Part shown: piece by piece, positions 34,306 through 42,662 of the stretch
How the letters are laid out: each line of letters begins with the position of its first letter
How positions within the stretch are numbered: position 1 is the stretch's first letter
Made by a program: the position numbers and the translations under genes
Source: Thermoleophilaceae bacterium
GTDB taxonomy: Bacteria > Actinomycetota > Thermoleophilia > Solirubrobacterales > Thermoleophilaceae
Direction of reading: 5' to 3'
Assembly: GCA_035553855.1 (NCBI GenBank)
Contig: DATMJO010000163.1
Coordinates: 1,403-65,402 of the forward strand
Length of the DNA stretch: 64,000 nucleotides
Notes under the pieces: generated by a model
The model's database searches: none
What the model was told of the DNA's origin: nothing
Seen by the model: the letters and a program-made list of their open reading frames with translations, nothing else

Positions 34306-35799
34306 ATGACCACGGCCACCATCGATGGGCTCTCGGAGCCGGCGCGGGGGTTCCTCGAACGCGGCCCGGGCCGCCTGTTCATCGGCGGCGAGTGGACCGC
34401 CCCGGCGGCGGGCGGCTCGTTCGAGACGCTCGACCCCTCGACGGGCGAGCCGATCATGCAGGTCGCCCAGGCGGGCGCGGAGGACGTCGACCGCGCCGTC
34501 GAGGCGGCGCAGCAGGCCCTCGGCGGCGCCTGGTCGGAGTTGCCCGCCCATCAGCGCGGCCTGCTCATGCACCGGCTCGCGGAGCTGATCGAGGAGCACG
34601 GCGACGAGCTCGCCGAGCTCGAGGCGCTCGACAACGGCAAGCCGGTCAAGTACGCGCGGATGGTCGACGTGAGGCTCGCCATTCAGCATCTCCAGTACTA
34701 CGCCGGCTGGCCCACCAAGATCGAGGGCGAGACGATCCCCGTGTCCTGGCCCGACGCGTTCGTCTACACGCGCAAGGAGCCGGTCGGCGTCTGCGGCCAG
34801 ATCATCCCATGGAACTTCCCCCTGCTCATGGCGGCATGGAAGCTGGCCCCCGCGCTGGCCGCGGGCTGCACCGTCGTGCTGAAGCCGGCGGAGCAGACGC
34901 CGCTGACCGCGCTGCGCCTCGCGGAGCTGATCGGCGAGGCCGGCCTCCCGGCGGGCACGGTGAACGTGCTTACCGGAGACGGGTCGACGGGCGCCGCCAT
35001 CGTCGAGCACCCGGGGGTGGCCAAGATCGCCTTCACGGGCTCGACCGAGATCGGGCGCCGGATCGGCGAGACCTGCGGCCGCATGCTCAAGCGCGTCACG
35101 CTCGAGCTAGGGGGCAAGTCGCCCAACATCATCCTGCCGGACGCCGACCTGCGCGCGGCCGTCGCCGGGTCTTTTCAGGCGATCTACTACAACACCGGCC
35201 AGGCGTGCAACGCGGGCTCGCGGCTCTTCGTCCACCGCGACCAGTTCGACGAGGTCGTCTCCGGCCTGTCGGAGGCGGCCTCGAAGGCACGGGTCGGCCC
35301 CGGCCTCGAGAAGGGCGTCCAGTTCGGCCCGCTCGTCTCGAAGGAGCAGGAGGAGCGCGTCCTCGCCTACATCGAGTCGGGGCGCGAGGAGGGCGCGCGC
35401 GTCGTCTGCGGCGGCGGCGCGCCCGAGGGCGCGAACGGCGGCTACTTCGTCGCCCCGACGATCTTCACCGATGCGAGCGACGAGATGCGTATCGCGCGCG
35501 AGGAGATCTTCGGGCCGGTGCTCGTGGCGATGCCGTACGACGACCTCGATGAGGTGGCCGCGCGCGCGAACGACACCGACTACGGGCTCGTGGCCGGCGT
35601 CTGGACGCGTGATGTGGGCAACGCGCACAAGCTCGCGGCGAAGCTCAAGGCAGGCTCCGTCTACATCAACGTCTGGGGCCCGTCGGACCCGGCCGCCCCG
35701 TTCGGCGGCTACAAGGCGTCGGGCATCGGCCGCGAGATGGGCCACGCGAACCTCGACGCCTACCTCGAGCTGAAGACCGTCTGGACGAGCCTCTCCTGA
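34306..35799 (+). CDS. NAD(P)-dependent aldehyde dehydrogenase
   Basis: The RBS is GGGAGGAGG. TLELGGKSP and GQACNAGSR (catalytic Cys) are present. Confidence 0.95.
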   Translation: MTTATIDGLSEPARGFLERGPGRLFIGGEWTAPAAGGSFETLDPSTGEPIMQVAQAGAEDVDRAVEAAQQALGGAWSELPAHQRGLLMHRLAELIEEHGDELAELEALDNGKPVKYARMVDVRLAIQHLQYYAGWPTKIEGETIPVSWPDAFVYTRKEPVGVCGQIIPWNFPLLMAAWKLAPALAAGCTVVLKPAEQTPLTALRLAELIGEAGLPAGTVNVLTGDGSTGAAIVEHPGVAKIAFTGSTEIGRRIGETCGRMLKRVTLELGGKSPNIILPDADLRAAVAGSFQAIYYNTGQACNAGSRLFVHRDQFDEVVSGLSEAASKARVGPGLEKGVQFGPLVSKEQEERVLAYIESGREEGARVVCGGGAPEGANGGYFVAPTIFTDASDEMRIAREEIFGPVLVAMPYDDLDEVAARANDTDYGLVAGVWTRDVGNAHKLAAKLKAGSVYINVWGPSDPAAPFGGYKASGIGREMGHANLDAYLELKTVWTSLS

Positions 35800-35884
35800 C
35801 GCTCAGCGGTCCCGGTCGGGCGGGACCGCGCGGTGCCCAGCGGCGGAGGCCTCGCGGATGGGGCGAAGCCGTTGTGGCCGCCGC

Positions 35885-36319
35885 TCAGCCTTCCTGCGCG
35901 GCGTCTTTGCCCGACCCGAAGCGGCTTTCCTCGCCCTCGGGGAGCTGCCCGTCACGGCCGATGTAGCCGTCCTTGCCGCCGGCGACGACATAGACCGCGT
36001 CGCCGTCCCCCGCGTTGGCGACCTTGCGGACCGTGGCCGCGTCGACCCTGGCTACGGCGCCGGGGCCCAGCACGTGCTCGTCGCCGTCGTTGAAGGTCAT
36101 CCGGATCGTCCCCTGGTGGACGAAGTAGGTCTCCTCCTGGACCTCGTGGTAATGCCGGCCGGTCTCGTACCCGGGCGGGAGCACGATCGCGTTGATCCCG
36201 AACGCATCCACGCCGAGCGCCTTCCGGATCTTGCGGAAGCCGTAGCCCTCCCCCATGGCGTCGATGTGGCCGACGGCGTAGCCGTCGCCCTCGACGATGT
36301 CGCCCACCTCACCCGACAC
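35885..36319 (-). CDS. cupin-domain protein
   Basis: GRHYHEVQEETYFVHQGT..V (cupin motif 1) is present. The start could be GTG 36319 or TTG 36328. Confidence 0.8.
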   Translation of the reverse strand: MSGEVGDIVEGDGYAVGHIDAMGEGYGFRKIRKALGVDAFGINAIVLPPGYETGRHYHEVQEETYFVHQGTIRMTFNDGDEHVLGPGAVARVDAATVRKVANAGDGDAVYVVAGGKDGYIGRDGQLPEGEESRFGSGKDAAQEG

Positions 36320-36360
36320 GGTGAGCAATGTAGCGCGACCGGCGCATACGCTACGCGTCA

Positions 36361-37218
36361 GTGGAACTCCGCCCGATGAGGAGAGCGGACGCCGAGGACG
36401 CGTGGGCCGCCGGGCAGGCCGCATTCGAGGCGCGCGGCGAGCGCTGGCCCGCCTCGACCGAGCCGCCACCGCTGCGCTGGCGCCGGGGGGTGGAGCGCCT
36501 GCTCCACCTCCTCGACAGCGACCCCGGCGGCGCGTGGGTCGCCTGCGAGGGCCGGCGGATCCGCGGGATGGCCATGGCCATCGTGCGCGAGGGCATATGG
36601 GGCCTGTCGCTCTTCGCCGTGGACCCGGGCGTGCAGGGCAACGGCGTCGGGGGCGCCCTGCTCGACCGTGCGCTCGCCTACGGCCACGGGACGCGCGGGC
36701 AGATCGTGATGTCATCGCAGGATCCACGGGCCCTGCGGCTCTACTCGCGAGCGGGCTTCCGGCTGCTGCCCGCGCTTGCGGCGTTCGGCCCCGTGGACGC
36801 CGCCCGTCTCGAGCCCGAGGCACCCGTGCGACAGGGTATGAGCGGCGACTTCGAGATGGCGGCCAGAGTCGACCGTGAGATCCGTGGCGCCGCCCACGGG
36901 GACGACCTGCCGCACCTGGTCGAAGCGGGCTCGCTCCTGCATGTCGTCCCTGAGCGCGGCTATGTGGTCCACGCCGACGGCTCCCCGAGGCTGCTGGCCG
37001 CGCTCGACGAGGAGGCGGCACGCTCGTTGCTGGCGGTCGCGCTCGCCCACGCGCCGGAGGGCCTCGAGGCGGGGGTCCTGTCGCTCACGGCCGATCAGGG
37101 TTGGGCCATGGAGGTGGCCCTGGACGCCGGTCTCGCGCTCGAGACGAGCGGCCCGACCGCCGTGCGCGGGGAGCCCGGCCCCCTCGCCCCGTATCTGCCG
37201 AGCCCCGCCTTCCTCTGA
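36361..37218 (+). CDS. GNAT-family N-acetyltransferase (two-lobed)
   Basis: VDPGVQGNGVGGALLDRAL is an acetyl-CoA binding loop. Confidence 0.75.
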   Translation: MELRPMRRADAEDAWAAGQAAFEARGERWPASTEPPPLRWRRGVERLLHLLDSDPGGAWVACEGRRIRGMAMAIVREGIWGLSLFAVDPGVQGNGVGGALLDRALAYGHGTRGQIVMSSQDPRALRLYSRAGFRLLPALAAFGPVDAARLEPEAPVRQGMSGDFEMAARVDREIRGAAHGDDLPHLVEAGSLLHVVPERGYVVHADGSPRLLAALDEEAARSLLAVALAHAPEGLEAGVLSLTADQGWAMEVALDAGLALETSGPTAVRGEPGPLAPYLPSPAFL

Positions 37219-37458
37219 GGATCAGCCGGGCGCGGAACCCGCGCACCGGCCTGGAGAACGACACCTCCGAAGCGGCTCTGGACGGGCGCCGGCCACGGCG
37301 CGGATGGGGCGCTAATGCGAACGCGCCAAGTCGTCAGACACCCCGTCAGTTATTCGCGGGCCCCTCGTTCCATCTGCACCGAATGGGATCCCTCACCGCT
37401 CGTCGACCGCGAGCGATCCCGATCGGACTCGACATCTATCTGGGCAAGGAGGGTCGGC

Positions 37459-37479
37459 ATGGGCTACCGCGCTTGCTGA
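37459..37479 (+). CDS. 6-codon mini-ORF, MGYRAC*; candidate minimal precursor peptide or coupling uORF
   Basis: AAGGAGGG at 37446-37453 is followed after 5 nt by ATG GGC TAC CGC GCT TGC TGA. The stop lies 1 nt before the TTG that opens the flavoprotein ORF. Confidence 0.3.
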   Translation: MGYRAC

Positions 37480-37480
37480 T

Positions 37481-38218
37481 TTGACCGGTGCAGTTCGAAG
37501 TGCGCGAGGGCGTCCCACCGGGGCGCCCTCGTCCGTGTCGCGTACCATCGGCGCCGTGAGCGCCCTCCCCGTCGACCGGCTGCTCGTGGGAATCACGGGC
37601 ACACTCGGCATCTACGACTTCCTCTACTACGTCGAGGCGTTCCGCGGGACGGTCGCGAAGGAGATCCGAGTGATCCACACGCCCACGGCGTCGCGCTTCA
37701 TCGACCCGCAGATCGTCTCGATGATCGTGGGCTGCGAGGTCTGGACCGACTTCTGGGACGAGCGCGACGGCGTGCGGGTCCCCCACGCGGAGCTGCCCGA
37801 GTGGGCCCAGATGTTCATCGTGATCCCGGCCACCGTCAACACGCTCTCACTCGTGGCCCGCGGCGACGCCTCCGGTCTCCTCCACGCATCCGTGCTCGGC
37901 TCGCCGCGCCCGGTCGGTTTCGTCCCGAACATGAAGCAGAGCCTCTGGCGGGCTCCCGCGACGCGGCGCAACGTCGCGCAGATGCGGGAGGACGGGCACC
38001 TCGTGATGGACCTGGACGAGGGCGAGTACTTCCTCCAGCCGGTCGACAAGTCCCTGCCGCCGGACCCCGCGCCGTCGCCCGAGCAGATCGCGGCGTTCGT
38101 CCTCGAGCTCGCGCGCGCCTCGGGCATCGAGGCGGGCGAGGACGAGCTCCACCTCGCTCCGGCCGCAGAGGCGATCGAGCGGATCGACCGCGTGCGCCGC
38201 ACCTTCGGCCAGGCCTGA
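37481..38218 (+). CDS. HFCD-family flavoprotein (EpiD/MrsD/CoaC-like cysteine decarboxylase fold) with a C-terminal extension
   Basis: LLVGITGTLG, VPHAELPEWAQMFIVIPATVNTLSLVARGDASGLL (His plus a PASANT-like motif) and PNMKQSLW (PXMNXXMW-like) are present. The start could be TTG 37481, GTG 37535 or GTG 37556. Confidence 0.85.
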   Translation: MTGAVRSARGRPTGAPSSVSRTIGAVSALPVDRLLVGITGTLGIYDFLYYVEAFRGTVAKEIRVIHTPTASRFIDPQIVSMIVGCEVWTDFWDERDGVRVPHAELPEWAQMFIVIPATVNTLSLVARGDASGLLHASVLGSPRPVGFVPNMKQSLWRAPATRRNVAQMREDGHLVMDLDEGEYFLQPVDKSLPPDPAPSPEQIAAFVLELARASGIEAGEDELHLAPAAEAIERIDRVRRTFGQA

Positions 38219-38279
38219 GGCAGCGTCAGGCACAAGGCCCGGACTCAAGTTTCGGCTGCTCAGAGCCGATGTTGACAGG

Positions 38280-39725
38280 GTGTTTGATGAAGGCTCGAAC
38301 ACGGCGGGGATTCCGCGGCGGGTCCTGGCGGTGCAACTTCTCGCGCTGAGCGGCGCCGTGGCCCTCGCGGTCGAGCGCGCGGACCTCGCGAACTGGGACC
38401 TCACCCTGCTCGGAGTGCTGCTGCTCCTGGGGATCCTGAGCGACCTCTCCGGCTCGAACCTCGAGGAGCGCGAGGTCAAGATCTCAGGCAGCTTCCTCAC
38501 GCTCGTCCTGGCGATGGTCCTGCTCGGCGGCGCCCCCGCCGCTCTCGTCGGGGTCACGATCATCCTCGTCGGTTGGCTCCGCTGGCGCGAGCCGCTCGTC
38601 CACTTCGGCGCCAACATCGCGATCTACGCCTGGTTCCCGCTCCTGGGCGGCGCGCTCTTCCGGGAGCTCCGCGACGGATGGAACCTCGGCCCGGGCGACA
38701 TGTCGTTCTATCTCCTCGTCTTCATGGTGTTCATGGTGGCGCTCGCCCTGAACTTCGTTCTGGTCGCGGTTCACCTCCGGATGACCGAGGGCATCTCGGT
38801 GGGGCAGAGCCTCCGCACCATCTTCGTCCCGGTGCTTCCGTCGGAGCTCGCCGCGGCCCTGCTCGCCGTGGGGGCGACCTTCCTGTACGAGCACAGCGGC
38901 ATCGCGGTGATCGCGCTCTTCGGGATAGTGCTTGTGACCTTCCAGTACCTGCTCGGCGCCCTGCTCGTCTCCCAGGACCGCGCCCGCCAGCTCGAGCAGC
39001 GCACGGAGCAGCTCGCGACGGCACAGGCCGACCTCCTGAAGGCGCTCCTGCGCAGCCTCGACCTGCGCGACCGGATGACCGCCCGCCACAGCGCCGCCGT
39101 GGCCCGCTACGCCCGTGAGATCGCGCGCGCGGCCGGGCTTCCCGAGGAGCGCCAGCGCACCGTGCACCGGGCCGCCCTGCTACACGACATCGGCAAGTTC
39201 GTGCTGCCCGACCGCATCCTCAAGGCCAACGAGCGCCTCAGCGACGAGGATTGGGCGCTGATCAAGACCCACCCCGAGGAGGGCGCGAAGGTCGTGGCCC
39301 AGGTGGACGGCTACGAGGAGATCGCGGCCATCATCCTCGCCCACCACGAGCGGATCGACGGCCGCGGCTATCCGCGCGGGCTCGAGGGCGACGACATCCC
39401 GGTGCTCTCACGGATCATCTCGATCGCCGACACCTACGACGTCATGACGGCCCGCGACACCTATCGCGACCCGGTGCCGGCGGACGACGCGATCGCCGAG
39501 CTGCGACGCGTCTCGGGCGAGCAGCTGGACGCCTATCTGGTCGAGTCGTTCGTACGGGTCCTGCAGGGGCGCGACCTGCGCTACCTGCACGGCGAGGACG
39601 CCGACTTCGACGCCGAGCTCGAGCGCGAGCGCCGCTGGACCCCTGAGCTGGATGCCGCGACCGTCGCGGGCGCGCTCGAGGAGCGTCGGGGCTCGTCGCC
39701 GTCGCCCCTGAGCCTCCCGGCCTAA
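38280..39725 (+). CDS. membrane-anchored HD-GYP domain protein (c-di-GMP phosphodiesterase type)
   Basis: The N-terminal half is multi-TM. LLHDIGK and HHERIDGRGYPRGL form a canonical HD-GYP. Confidence 0.9.
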   Translation: MFDEGSNTAGIPRRVLAVQLLALSGAVALAVERADLANWDLTLLGVLLLLGILSDLSGSNLEEREVKISGSFLTLVLAMVLLGGAPAALVGVTIILVGWLRWREPLVHFGANIAIYAWFPLLGGALFRELRDGWNLGPGDMSFYLLVFMVFMVALALNFVLVAVHLRMTEGISVGQSLRTIFVPVLPSELAAALLAVGATFLYEHSGIAVIALFGIVLVTFQYLLGALLVSQDRARQLEQRTEQLATAQADLLKALLRSLDLRDRMTARHSAAVARYAREIARAAGLPEERQRTVHRAALLHDIGKFVLPDRILKANERLSDEDWALIKTHPEEGAKVVAQVDGYEEIAAIILAHHERIDGRGYPRGLEGDDIPVLSRIISIADTYDVMTARDTYRDPVPADDAIAELRRVSGEQLDAYLVESFVRVLQGRDLRYLHGEDADFDAELERERRWTPELDAATVAGALEERRGSSPSPLSLPA

Positions 39726-39729
39726 CCGG

Positions 39730-40011
39730 TCAGGCCGAGGCGACCGGAGCGGCGAGCGGCCCGCAATCCTCGACGTCGGCCAGCAGCGAGCCGGCGGCGT
39801 CAGGCGCGACGCGATCGCCGTCCACGAGGTCGTCCGCCAGCTCACGCAGGCGGGCGAGCGAGGCGCGTGCCTCGTCGTCGGAGTCCAGGTCCTCGGTGAA
39901 GAGCAAGGCGTCCGCAGCCTCGCGGACCGTGGCCTTCTCGTCATCGCGGAGGTAGAGCTCGCCGAGCGCCTTCACGACCCGGCCGTATGCATGTGCGCGA
40001 TCGGATGTCAT
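39730..40011 (-). CDS. small acidic hypothetical protein downstream of a sigma factor gene
   Basis: The 93-aa ORF has protein-like composition and starts 26 nt after the sigma gene stop on the same strand. Confidence 0.55.
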   Translation of the reverse strand: MTSDRAHAYGRVVKALGELYLRDDEKATVREAADALLFTEDLDSDDEARASLARLRELADDLVDGDRVAPDAAGSLLADVEDCGPLAAPVASA

Positions 40012-40037
40012 CTCGGAGATCCTCCGCTCATCGGGGG

Positions 40038-40913
40038 TTACGCCGCCTCTCGCAGGGCCGCCAGGTCCGACCGCGTCGAGAGGCGCCTGAGGGCACGTTC
40101 CTCGAGCCGCCGGACGTCACTCTCGGGCAGCTGCAGCATCCGGCCGGCCTGGCGCACGCTCTGCGGCTCGCGCCCGTGGGTGCCGAAGCGCAGCTGGATG
40201 ACGCTGCGCTCGTCCTCGGGCAGCTCGGCGACGGCACGCCAGATCGCGTGGGTCTCGAGGTTGTCGGCGACCTCCTCGTCCGGCGAGCGCTGATCCGTGG
40301 GCAGCAGGGCGCCGAGCGCGGTGTCGCCGTCCTCGCCCACGGGGGCGTCGAGGCTCGCGATGGTGCTGTCGGCGATGCGGGTCTCCAGGATCTCCTCGAC
40401 GTCGAGCTCGGTCGCGATCGCGATCTCCTCGACCGTCGGGTCGCGCCCCAGCTTCGCGGCGAGCTCGCGCTCGGCGCGGGCGATCTTGCGCGCGCGCTGG
40501 CCGACGTGCACCGGCAGGCGCACCGAACGGCCCGTGTTCGCGAGCCCGCGCTGGATCGCCTGGCGGATCCAGAGCGTCGCGTAGGTGGAGAAGCGGAAGC
40601 CCTTGCGCCAGTCGAACTTCTCGACTGCGCGGATCAGGCCGAGCATGCCCTCCTGGACGAGATCGCCCAGCGGCAGGCCCTGGCCCTGGTAGCGACGGGC
40701 GTTCGACACCACGAGCCGGAGGTTCGAGTTGATCATGCGGTCCTTGGCGTCGAGGTCGCCGCGCTCGATGCGCTGGGCGAGCGCGACCTCCTCGGCCGGC
40801 GTAAGCAGGGGGTAGCGAAGCGAGGCGTCGATGAGCAGCTGGAGGGCGTCCAGCGTGACATCGGGGTCGCGCTCGTGCACCTGGGGCTTGGGGGGGTCTT
40901 TAACTATTTCCAT
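40038..40913 (-). CDS. sigma-70 family sigma factor, group 1/2-like, lacking region 1.1
   Basis: [56 protein letters not shown] and RLPVH cover regions 2-4. Confidence 0.93.
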   Translation of the reverse strand: MEIVKDPPKPQVHERDPDVTLDALQLLIDASLRYPLLTPAEEVALAQRIERGDLDAKDRMINSNLRLVVSNARRYQGQGLPLGDLVQEGMLGLIRAVEKFDWRKGFRFSTYATLWIRQAIQRGLANTGRSVRLPVHVGQRARKIARAERELAAKLGRDPTVEEIAIATELDVEEILETRIADSTIASLDAPVGEDGDTALGALLPTDQRSPDEEVADNLETHAIWRAVAELPEDERSVIQLRFGTHGREPQSVRQAGRMLQLPESDVRRLEERALRRLSTRSDLAALREAA

Positions 40914-40968
40914 CGTGATTTCCGTCTTTCATGCGCTTTCGCGCCTATTTCCGACTTCGACAGTCTGA

Positions 40969-40988
40969 ATTGTAGCGAACAGCTGTTC
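40969..40988 (-). promoter_or_regulatory. candidate promoter -10 element (TACAAT) with an abutting perfect palindrome GAACAGCTGTTC (GAAC-N4-GTTC)
   Basis: The minus strand reads GAACAGCTGTTC-GC-TACAAT, 55 nt upstream of the ATG at 40913, in a 210-nt intergenic region of lower GC. Confidence 0.4.
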
Positions 40989-41123
40989 TGGGGGGTTCTA
41001 CGTGGCGCCCCTAAACAACGGATCAATCCGCTTACCCGGAGTGAGCAGCTTTAACGCCACTTCCCCCCATTCGGAGCGGTATTCCCCGAGTCGCGGCGCC
41101 GCGCCCGGCCCTGACACGCCCGG

Positions 41124-42176
41124 TCAGGCTGCGCGCAGGCCCTCGAGCTCACGGCACGTCGCGAGGCGCTCGAGCGCCTGGCGCTCGAGCTTGCGGACAC
41201 CCTCCGCCGATATTCCCAGGCGGCGCCCGGCTTCGCGCAGCGGGGTCGGCTCCTCGCCCTCGATGCCGAACCTGAGGCGCACGACCTCCCGGTGGCGCTC
41301 GGGCAGGTGCTCCAGGGCCCGCCGGACGGCGTCACTGCGAAGGCCGATCTCGACCTCCTCCTCGGGACCGGGGTCCTCTCCCGGGAGGAGCTCCCCCAGG
41401 GTGGTCTCCTCCTCGCCGACCGGCTTGTCGAGGCTCGTCACGACGCGGGCGGTCGAGCGCGCCTCCTCGATCTCCTCCAGCGTCAGCTCGGCCGTGGCGG
41501 CGATCTCCTCGTCGGTCGGATCCCGCCCGAGCGCCGCAGCGAGCTCGCGGCGGGCACGCTCGATCTTGCGTTCGCGCTGCCCGATGTGGACCGGGATGCG
41601 AATCGTCCGCGAGCGGTTGGCGAGCGCGCGCTGTATCGACTCGCGGACCCAGAACGTCGCGTACGTGGAGAACTTGAAGCCCTTGCGATGGTCGAACTTC
41701 TCGACCGCGCGAATCAGCCCGAGCACGCCCTCCTGGATCAGGTCGAGCAGGGGCATGTCGTGGCCCTGGTACTTCCGCGCGATCGACACCACGAGGCGGA
41801 GGTTGGCGTTCACCATGCGCTCCTTCGCCGCGAGGTCGCCGCGCTCCACGGCCTTCGACAGCTCGACCTCCTCCTCCCGGGAGAGGAGGGGATGGCGGCG
41901 GATCTCGTTCATCAGCAGCGCGAGAGCGTCGGTGGTCTGGCCCGCCAGATCGCCGTTCGAGTACGCCGTCTGCTCGACGGAGCGGCCACAATCGTCGGTG
42001 ACGTCGAGGCCGCGAGCCTCGATCTCGTCCTGAAGGTCGCGGAAGTCCGTCTCCTCGAGCCCCAGCTCGTGCACCGCGGTGCTCAGGTCGGACAGGTTCA
42101 CGCAGCCCTGCTCGCGCCCGGACTCGACGAGCTGCTCGATGCGGGGGTGGATGTCGCTGCCGGTCACGCCGCTCAC
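41124..42176 (-). CDS. sigma-70 family sigma factor, group 1-like, with a region 1.1-type N-terminus
   Basis: [19 protein letters not shown] is region 1.1-like. [56 protein letters not shown] and RIPVH are also present. Confidence 0.93.
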   Translation of the reverse strand: MSGVTGSDIHPRIEQLVESGREQGCVNLSDLSTAVHELGLEETDFRDLQDEIEARGLDVTDDCGRSVEQTAYSNGDLAGQTTDALALLMNEIRRHPLLSREEEVELSKAVERGDLAAKERMVNANLRLVVSIARKYQGHDMPLLDLIQEGVLGLIRAVEKFDHRKGFKFSTYATFWVRESIQRALANRSRTIRIPVHIGQRERKIERARRELAAALGRDPTDEEIAATAELTLEEIEEARSTARVVTSLDKPVGEEETTLGELLPGEDPGPEEEVEIGLRSDAVRRALEHLPERHREVVRLRFGIEGEEPTPLREAGRRLGISAEGVRKLERQALERLATCRELEGLRAA

Positions 42177-42218
42177 ACCGTCCGACCTACCCGCACCGCC
42201 GGGGCTGAACCGCGCCGA

Positions 42219-42596
42219 TCAGCCCTCGCCCGGAACGCAGGCCGCCACGGCCTCTTCCATCCCGTCGTAGATCGCGAAGGTGTACGAGAGCGCGGTCAGG
42301 TCGAGCAGCCGCTTCACATGCGGCGACGGCGCGACGAGCGCGAGCTTGCGCCCGGCCCGGGTCAGCCGGCGCAGGAGGTTCAACAGCAGCTTCAGGCTGG
42401 TCGAGTCGATGAAGGAAACGGAGGCGAGGTCCACGAGCACCGGGCCGTCGCCGTCGTCCACGACCTCCCTGAAGGCGCCGGCCACGATCTCGCCGACCGC
42501 CATGTCGATCTCGCCCGCGAGCGTGACCACCTGAGCGCCCGGCACGGCCGAACGCTCCACACGTGCTGGGCCCCCTGCGCCCTCCCCGTTGCGCAT
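42219..42596 (-). CDS. STAS-domain anti-sigma-factor antagonist
   Basis: VDLASVSFIDSTSLKLLLNL is present. The start is taken at an internal ATG (MRNGEGAGG). Confidence 0.85.
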   Translation of the reverse strand: MRNGEGAGGPARVERSAVPGAQVVTLAGEIDMAVGEIVAGAFREVVDDGDGPVLVDLASVSFIDSTSLKLLLNLLRRLTRAGRKLALVAPSPHVKRLLDLTALSYTFAIYDGMEEAVAACVPGEG

Positions 42597-42662
42597 CACC
42601 AGACCTACCGTACCGCCGATCCGGGTTGACCGGCGAGCGCCGCGCATAGACTGGCGGGCGGG

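Noticed and set aside
35808-35827. The hairpin GGTCCCG-GTCGGG-CGGGACC after the aldehyde dehydrogenase could be an intrinsic terminator.
   Set aside because: It has only a 7-bp stem and no U-tract, and comparable hairpins arise by chance at this GC content. It was too weak to list as a feature.
38269-38349. A 26-codon ORF (MLTGCLMKARTRRGFRGGSWRCNFSR) overlaps the start of the HD-GYP gene, with a perfect TTGACA at 38272-38277.
   Set aside because: It has no Shine-Dalgarno, its composition is Arg-rich and shadow-like, and it is out of frame over a well-supported gene. The TTGACA has no acceptable -10 hexamer at 16-19 nt.
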